A DNA stretch of 64,000 nucleotides, taken from contig JBGPFC010000006.1 in assembly GCA_041483195.1 (NCBI GenBank), positions 75,880 to 139,879 of the forward strand, given 5' to 3'. Both the position numbers and the translations under genes were made by a program. This DNA is from Candidatus Eiseniibacteriota bacterium. GTDB lineage: Bacteria > Eisenbacteria > RBG-16-71-46. This document shows positions 58,886-64,000 of this stretch, in pieces (position 1 is the stretch's first letter; each line of letters opens with the position of its first letter). The notes beneath the pieces are model-generated. The model was given only the letters and a program-made list of their open reading frames with translations, was not told the DNA's origin and ran no database searches.

Positions 58886-60070
58886 CTAAGTCGGAAGTGC
58901 GCAGCGCCCGGAGACGGCTATTGTTGTTGGCGGGACGTTTGTGTACTTCCTCGCCCTTTGACCCTCGAATTCAACTTTGAGCTCCGTAGGTGATGAAAGA
59001 GAAAGATCCAATTTTCTGATGAATGCAACAGTGCCCGTTACTCTCAGCAGGTAACACCCAAATAGCCGCGAGACCTCGAGAAACAACTCGGGCTCGTTCC
59101 TCAGGTCCTGGAAGAATCGCGGGAACGGGGACCCGAGCACCTTCACCGGAGCATTGATCCCTCGAATAAAAAGCTCCAACGTCTGGCTATTCAATTCAAC
59201 CGCGCTCTCAAACTTTACTTTGGGAGCCAATTCCCCAAGCAAGATGCGCCGAGCCCGGAGTTCAGCAAGTTGGTCCACCGTGAATTGACCGAACCCCATC
59301 TCAAGAACGCCGGCGCCATAATCATTATCCACAAGTCTGTCCAGCGAAAGATGCCAACGTGCGGCGCCTCCCTCTCGCTCCTCTGAAATCGACTTCATGA
59401 CGGCTAGACCAGCGTCAAGATCGAATGCATAGCCCACGTGGTTGTCCTTGGCGGCCTGAAGCTCCCGGAGATACCCGGCACCCAGATCACCTTCAGGGTC
59501 AACGACCATCGAGATTGAGTCCGCCGACGAGACCCGAAGGCTCTGAAGAAAGATAGGACCCGATTCCTGCCTTGCGATCATTACCATGGATCCGGGCGGC
59601 GTCTTCCTCGACGGCGTTAATGGAGCGGTCGCGGAAGACAATTCTACGCCGTCGGTTCCCTCCACCGCCTGAACAATGCCTCGAACAACAGCATCGATTC
59701 CGTCACTCCATTTGGCGGCCCGTCGCCCCGAAAGTAGCAAGGCGCGCCTTTCGACCTCCTCCTTATCGACCTCGAACCAAACGGGCAGGATCACCTTCTT
59801 GCCCTCGCGCTCTCTTTCAAACAGCGCATCAAGTTCCTTGTTTGGCCATTCCTTCCCAAAGAACCGTGGAGACAGGATGACCACCCCATAGCGCGACTTG
59901 CTCAATCCGGATTCAATCGCGCGACGGACGGAATCCCCGGTCGCCAAGACATCCGCGTCCAGCCACACCGATAATCCCGCTTGAGCAAGGGCGCGCTTCA
60001 GTGGCAGAACACACTTGTCCTTGTCTTCGTCTGCATGGCAGATGAATATGTCCCATGGCATATCTAGCAC
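58886..60070 (-). CDS. TIR domain protein (TIR_2) with uncharacterised C-terminal domain
   Basis: DIFICHADEDK, VWLD...GDS....IESGLSKSRYGVVILSPRFFGKEWPNKEL with the conserved Glu. Start 60070 or 60061. Confidence 0.9.
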   Translation of the reverse strand: MLDMPWDIFICHADEDKDKCVLPLKRALAQAGLSVWLDADVLATGDSVRRAIESGLSKSRYGVVILSPRFFGKEWPNKELDALFEREREGKKVILPVWFEVDKEEVERRALLLSGRRAAKWSDGIDAVVRGIVQAVEGTDGVELSSATAPLTPSRKTPPGSMVMIARQESGPIFLQSLRVSSADSISMVVDPEGDLGAGYLRELQAAKDNHVGYAFDLDAGLAVMKSISEEREGGAARWHLSLDRLVDNDYGAGVLEMGFGQFTVDQLAELRARRILLGELAPKVKFESAVELNSQTLELFIRGINAPVKVLGSPFPRFFQDLRNEPELFLEVSRLFGCYLLRVTGTVAFIRKLDLSLSSPTELKVEFEGQRARKYTNVPPTTIAVSGRCALPT

Positions 60071-60094
60071 TCACCCTCTTGGCCAAATGCGCGC

Positions 60095-61900
60095 TTACGA
60101 CTCGATCCGGATCCCCAGCTCCTTCAGCGTCTGCGGCTCCACCGGCGCCGGCGATCCATCCATCAGGCTCGCCGCGCTCGCGCTCTTCGGGAACGCGATC
60201 GTGTCGCGGATGTTGTCGCGTCCCGCCATCAGCATGACGATCCGGTCCAGCCCGAGGCCGATGCCGCCGTGCGGGGGCGACGCGTAACGGTAGGCGTCGA
60301 TCAGGAAACCGAACTTCTCGTACGCCTGCTCGCGCGTGAAGCCCGCCACCTGCATGACGCGCTCCTGGATGTCGGGACGATGAATGCGGATCGAGCCCGA
60401 GCCCAGCTCGTTCCCAGAGAGCACGAGATCGTAGAGCTGCGCGTCGACCTTGCCCGGATCGCTCTCGAGGATCGGGAGGTGCTCGGGGTTCGGCATGGTG
60501 AACAGGTGGTGGCGCGCCGCCCAGCCCTTGCGCTCCGAGTCCCACTCGAACAGCGGGAACTCCCGCACCCACACGAACGCCCACTCGCGCTCCCTGCCCT
60601 TGACCAGCGGCTCGCCGAGCTGCGTGCGAAGCACGCCCAGCGCCTTGAGCGTCGGCTCCCACGGTCCCGACGTGAACACGACCGCGTCGCCGGGCCGGGC
60701 CTTGACCTTCGCCAAGAACTCGTCGAGCTGCTCGCCCGGGAAGATGATCTGCTGCTTCGCGCGCTCCGCGTCGGCCACCTTGAAGAACGAGAGCCCCGCG
60801 CCGCCCGCGGCCTTCACCACATCCTCGAACTTTCGCAGCTGCGTCCCCGAGATCTCGGCGCCGCCCGGAATCGTCATGGCCACGCCCACGCCGCCTTCGG
60901 CCTTCGCGCCACCGGCGATGACGTTGCGCGGAGAGCGCGCGTGGAGCGCCGTGGTGTCGACCAGCTCGAGTCCGAAGCGCAGGTCCGGCTTGTCGGAGCC
61001 GAAGCGGCTCATCGCCTCGCGGAAGGTCATGCGCGGGAAGGGCGTCTTGATCTCCACGCCCAGGCATTCCTTCCACAGGGCGTGGAACAGACCCTCGACC
61101 GCCGCGAACACCTCCTCCTCCGTGACGAAGCTCAACTCGAGGTCGATCTGGGTGTGCTCGGGCTGGCGGTCGGCGCGCAGATCCTCGTCGCGCAGGCAGC
61201 GCGCGAGCTGGAAGTAACGATCGACCCCGGAGATCATGAGCGTCTGCTTGTAGAGCTGCGGCGATTGCGGGAGCGCGTAGAACTTGCCGGGGTGAACGCG
61301 GCTCGGCACGACGTAGTCGCGAGCGCCCTCGGGCGTCGGCTTCACCAGGATCGGGGTCTCGACCTCGAGGAAACTCTGGCTCGAGAGGTACGCGCGCGCC
61401 GCCTGCATGACGCGATGGCGCAGCGCCATCACCCGGGCCAGCTCGGGGCGGCGCAGATCGAGGTAGCGGTAGCGCAGGCGCAGGTCTTCGTTCGCGAGGT
61501 GCATCTCCTCGTTGACCTGGAACGGCAGCGCGTCGGCCGACGACAGCACCTTCAGCTCGCGCACCTCGAGCTCGACCTCGCCGGTCCCGAGCTCCGGATT
61601 GACCGACTCGGGCGGCCGCAACGCCACGGTGCCGCGCACTGCGATCACCCACTCGTTGCCGAGCCGCGCGGCGCGCTCGATCAGCGCGCCCCCCGCGACG
61701 TCGGGGCGGAACACCACCTGCGTGAGCCCGTAGCGGTCGCGCAAGTCCACGAACAGCACGCCGCCGTGGTCGCGGGTGCGATGGACCCAGCCCATTAGCG
61801 TCGCGGGCCGCGAGGCTTCGGACCGTTGCAGCGCGCCGCAGGTGTGCGAGCGGCGCCAGTCGCCGAGGCCTTCCAAGGTCAACGTGCGCTCCTCGCTCAT
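60095..61900 (-). CDS. aspS: Aspartate--tRNA ligase (probably non-discriminating Asp/Asn)
   Basis: RSHTCG, RDHGGVLFVDLRD, RLRYRYLDLR, TPEGARDY, ALPQSPQ, RDEDLRADRQPE, PPHGGIGLGLDR, IAFPK. His in RDHG is the non-discriminating signature. Confidence 0.97.
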   Translation of the reverse strand: MSEERTLTLEGLGDWRRSHTCGALQRSEASRPATLMGWVHRTRDHGGVLFVDLRDRYGLTQVVFRPDVAGGALIERAARLGNEWVIAVRGTVALRPPESVNPELGTGEVELEVRELKVLSSADALPFQVNEEMHLANEDLRLRYRYLDLRRPELARVMALRHRVMQAARAYLSSQSFLEVETPILVKPTPEGARDYVVPSRVHPGKFYALPQSPQLYKQTLMISGVDRYFQLARCLRDEDLRADRQPEHTQIDLELSFVTEEEVFAAVEGLFHALWKECLGVEIKTPFPRMTFREAMSRFGSDKPDLRFGLELVDTTALHARSPRNVIAGGAKAEGGVGVAMTIPGGAEISGTQLRKFEDVVKAAGGAGLSFFKVADAERAKQQIIFPGEQLDEFLAKVKARPGDAVVFTSGPWEPTLKALGVLRTQLGEPLVKGREREWAFVWVREFPLFEWDSERKGWAARHHLFTMPNPEHLPILESDPGKVDAQLYDLVLSGNELGSGSIRIHRPDIQERVMQVAGFTREQAYEKFGFLIDAYRYASPPHGGIGLGLDRIVMLMAGRDNIRDTIAFPKSASAASLMDGSPAPVEPQTLKELGIRIES

Positions 61901-63195
61901 GGGACTCGTGTTTCCGCGCGCGCGGCATCGAGGCGCTCGCGCAGCGCGCGCTCGAGCCCATCGCGCGCGAGCGTGGTCTGCTCGCCGCGCTCGAGGTCGC
62001 GCAGCACCACCTCGCCCCTCGCCCATTCGTCCTCGCCCAGCAGCACCGCGAGGCGCGCGCCGCTCTTTCCCGCGCTCTTCATCTGCGCGTTGAAGCCGCG
62101 CGCTTCGAGGTCGCAGTCCACCGTGAACGCGCGCCGCAGCGCGCGCACCAGGAGGAGCGCGGCCGCGCGCGTGCCCTCCATCGCGACCACGTAGACGCCC
62201 CCGCCGCCTGAGGCCGGGCCGACTCCACGCTCCTCGACCACCAGCAGCGTGCGGTCGAGCCCGATCGAGAAGCCGACGCCCGGGGTGGCCGGCCCCCCGA
62301 GCGACTCGATCAGGCCGTCGTAGCGGCCGCCGCCGCCTAGTGCGCTCTGAGCGCCCAGCGAACGATCGTGCACCTCGAAAGCGGTGCGCGAGTAGTAGTC
62401 GAGCCCGCGCACCAGGCCGTGGTCGATCGCGTGGGCGATGCCGAGCGCGGCGAGCCCCGCCAGCACGGCGTCCCAGTGGGCGCGGCTCCCGGCATCGAGC
62501 TGATCGATCATGCGCGGCAGCGTCGAGGCGCGCTCCGCGAGCAGCGCGCGGTCGCCATCGTCCTTGCTGTCGAGCACGCGCAGCGGGTTCTCGTCGAGAC
62601 GGCGCTGCGAGTCGGCGCACAGCTTGTCGCGCACCGGCGCGAGCCACGCGCGCAGCGCGTCTCCGTAAGCGCGGCGCGTCTCGGGCGTGCCGAGGCTGTT
62701 CACCGCCACCTCGAGCCCGCGAAACCCCCACGCCTCGAACAGATCCACGAACAGCGCGATGATCTCGACGTCGGCGCCGGGCGCGGCGGTGCCGATCACC
62801 TCGGCCCCGATCTGCCAGAACTGGCGGAAGCGGCCCTTCTGCGGGCGGCCGTAACGGAACATCGGGCCCATGTACCAGAGTCGGTGGATGCGTCCCTGGG
62901 CCGAGAGATTGTTCTGGAGGTAGGCGCGGCACACGCCGGCCGTGCCCTCCGGGCGCAGGGCGAGGTCGCGGTCCCCCAAGTCCTTGAAGCGGTACATCTC
63001 CTTCTGCACGACGTCGCTCGACTCGCCGGAGGTGCGCGCGAACAACTCGAACTCCTCGAAAAGCGGCGTGCGGATCTCGCGGTAACCGTAGCGCTCGAGC
63101 ACCTCGCGCGCGCGCGCCTCGGCCCACTGCCATCGCGCGAGATCCGCGGGCAGCAGGTCGCGCGTGCCGCGCGGCGCCTGGAACTTCAGACCCAT
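61897..63195 (-). CDS. hisS: Histidine--tRNA ligase
   Basis: PRGTRD, EIRTP.FE, LRPEGTA, MFRYGRPQKGRFRQF.Q.G.E, LVRGLDYY, GGGRYDGL. Confidence 0.97.
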   Translation of the reverse strand: MGLKFQAPRGTRDLLPADLARWQWAEARAREVLERYGYREIRTPLFEEFELFARTSGESSDVVQKEMYRFKDLGDRDLALRPEGTAGVCRAYLQNNLSAQGRIHRLWYMGPMFRYGRPQKGRFRQFWQIGAEVIGTAAPGADVEIIALFVDLFEAWGFRGLEVAVNSLGTPETRRAYGDALRAWLAPVRDKLCADSQRRLDENPLRVLDSKDDGDRALLAERASTLPRMIDQLDAGSRAHWDAVLAGLAALGIAHAIDHGLVRGLDYYSRTAFEVHDRSLGAQSALGGGGRYDGLIESLGGPATPGVGFSIGLDRTLLVVEERGVGPASGGGGVYVVAMEGTRAAALLLVRALRRAFTVDCDLEARGFNAQMKSAGKSGARLAVLLGEDEWARGEVVLRDLERGEQTTLARDGLERALRERLDAARAETRVP

Positions 63196-63210
63196 GAGCC
63201 TCCCGTCCCG

Positions 63211-63609
63211 CTAGTCCCTTGCGAACACCAGGTAGACGAGCTGCGCCAGCGCCAGGCCCGCCGTGTCCGCGAGCAGATCGAACGCGTCCGAGGAACGCCC
63301 GGGCACGAACGACTGGAAGAATTCGTCACCGGTCCCCACCAGGATTCCGAAACACATCGCGATCAGCGAGGCGAACAGCGGCAGCGGGACTCGCATGGTG
63401 GCGCGGATCGCGCGCGCCGCGAGCACGCCCAGCCCGAAGTATTCGGCCAGATGGCAGAGCTTGTCCCCGTTCTCGAAGTGGATCGGCAATTGCAGATTCG
63501 ATTGGGCGCTGAGCGTGATGATGAGCGTGACGTAGACGAGCAGCGGAAGCCAGTACCGCATGAACAGCTCGAAGAATCCCCGCTCCCGTGGGCGTCGCAC
63601 GAATCGCAC
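63211..63609 (-). CDS. VanZ family membrane protein
   Basis: DKLCHLAEY, DEFFQSFVPGRS.D..D..AD..G. Start uncertain. Confidence 0.85.
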   Translation of the reverse strand: MRFVRRPRERGFFELFMRYWLPLLVYVTLIITLSAQSNLQLPIHFENGDKLCHLAEYFGLGVLAARAIRATMRVPLPLFASLIAMCFGILVGTGDEFFQSFVPGRSSDAFDLLADTAGLALAQLVYLVFARD

Positions 63610-63854
63610 CTCCGCTCCAGACCGGCCACGCCCCGGCGCGACCGCGCCGCACGCCGGGCGGTCGCCCCTCCACCCCCGCCGGGAAAAACGCAGCGCAGAA
63701 TAGCACGCACGCGGAGCGCCGGGCCAAGCCGCCGCGCCCGATCGCTCGCGCGGGACCGCGCCGGGGCCGCGCGCGGGCGCGACGCCGATGCGCGGCGCCG
63801 CCTCCGTGACGCGCGCGATCGCGGACACGACGCGCGCGAGGTGCGCATTGCAGC

Positions 63855-63883
63855 TTGACGCTCCGCGGGCTGGCCCGTAGATT
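63855..63883 (+). promoter_or_regulatory. Sigma70 promoter of tRNA-Lys
   Basis: TTGACG-N17-TAGATT, 40 nt upstream of the tRNA. Confidence 0.75.
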
Positions 63884-63923
63884 AACCGCCGCTTTTCTCC
63901 GCGCGCGAATGCGCGCGACGAGC

Positions 63924-63999
<76 letters not shown>

Positions 64000-64000
64000 T

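Noticed and set aside
57161..60070. CBASS or Thoeris assignment
   Set aside because: The nucleotidyltransferase is about 200 aa of the GG...TxDxD type rather than a CD-NTase, and no ThsA-like SIR2/SLOG or Macro partner is present.
55564..60094. Integrated mobile element or prophage
   Set aside because: No integrase, transposase, phage genes or flanking direct repeats seen; only composition suggests horizontal origin.

Overview
Very GC-rich bacterial chromosomal window, mostly minus-strand genes. Three secreted proteins end in FlgD-Ig/T9SS-like C-terminal domains, which suggests an FCB-related lineage such as Ca. Eisenbacteria (inference only). Left to right: (1) an operon of two large integrin-alpha-like FG-GAP proteins flanking an S8 protease; (2) adaA/ogt, pyrR and a secreted metzincin; (3) a glycosylation cluster (three GT2, one GT-C, AsnB, FAD oxidoreductase, methyltransferase); (4) the housekeeping run phoH-pgpH-ybeY-TonB-DUF502-recO-glyQ-glyS; (5) leucine/methylcrotonyl-CoA catabolism genes; (6) an ECF sigma/anti-sigma locus with three DUF4097 genes; (7) a GH63-like hydrolase and DUF5916; (8) a lower-GC four-gene cassette (TIR, putative nuclease, nucleotidyltransferase, GHKL ATPase) behind hisS-aspS; (9) vanZ-like gene and tRNA-Lys(CTT). 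Best observations: a hidden secreted triple-YHS selenoprotein (FC-U-SGC with a SECIS-like hairpin) coupled to glyS, which the ORF track splits in two; the TIR-led candidate defence cassette; and a structured ~160-nt leader with an intrinsic terminator and short uORF just before phoH. All calls come from reading the sequence by eye; no searches or folding programs were run.
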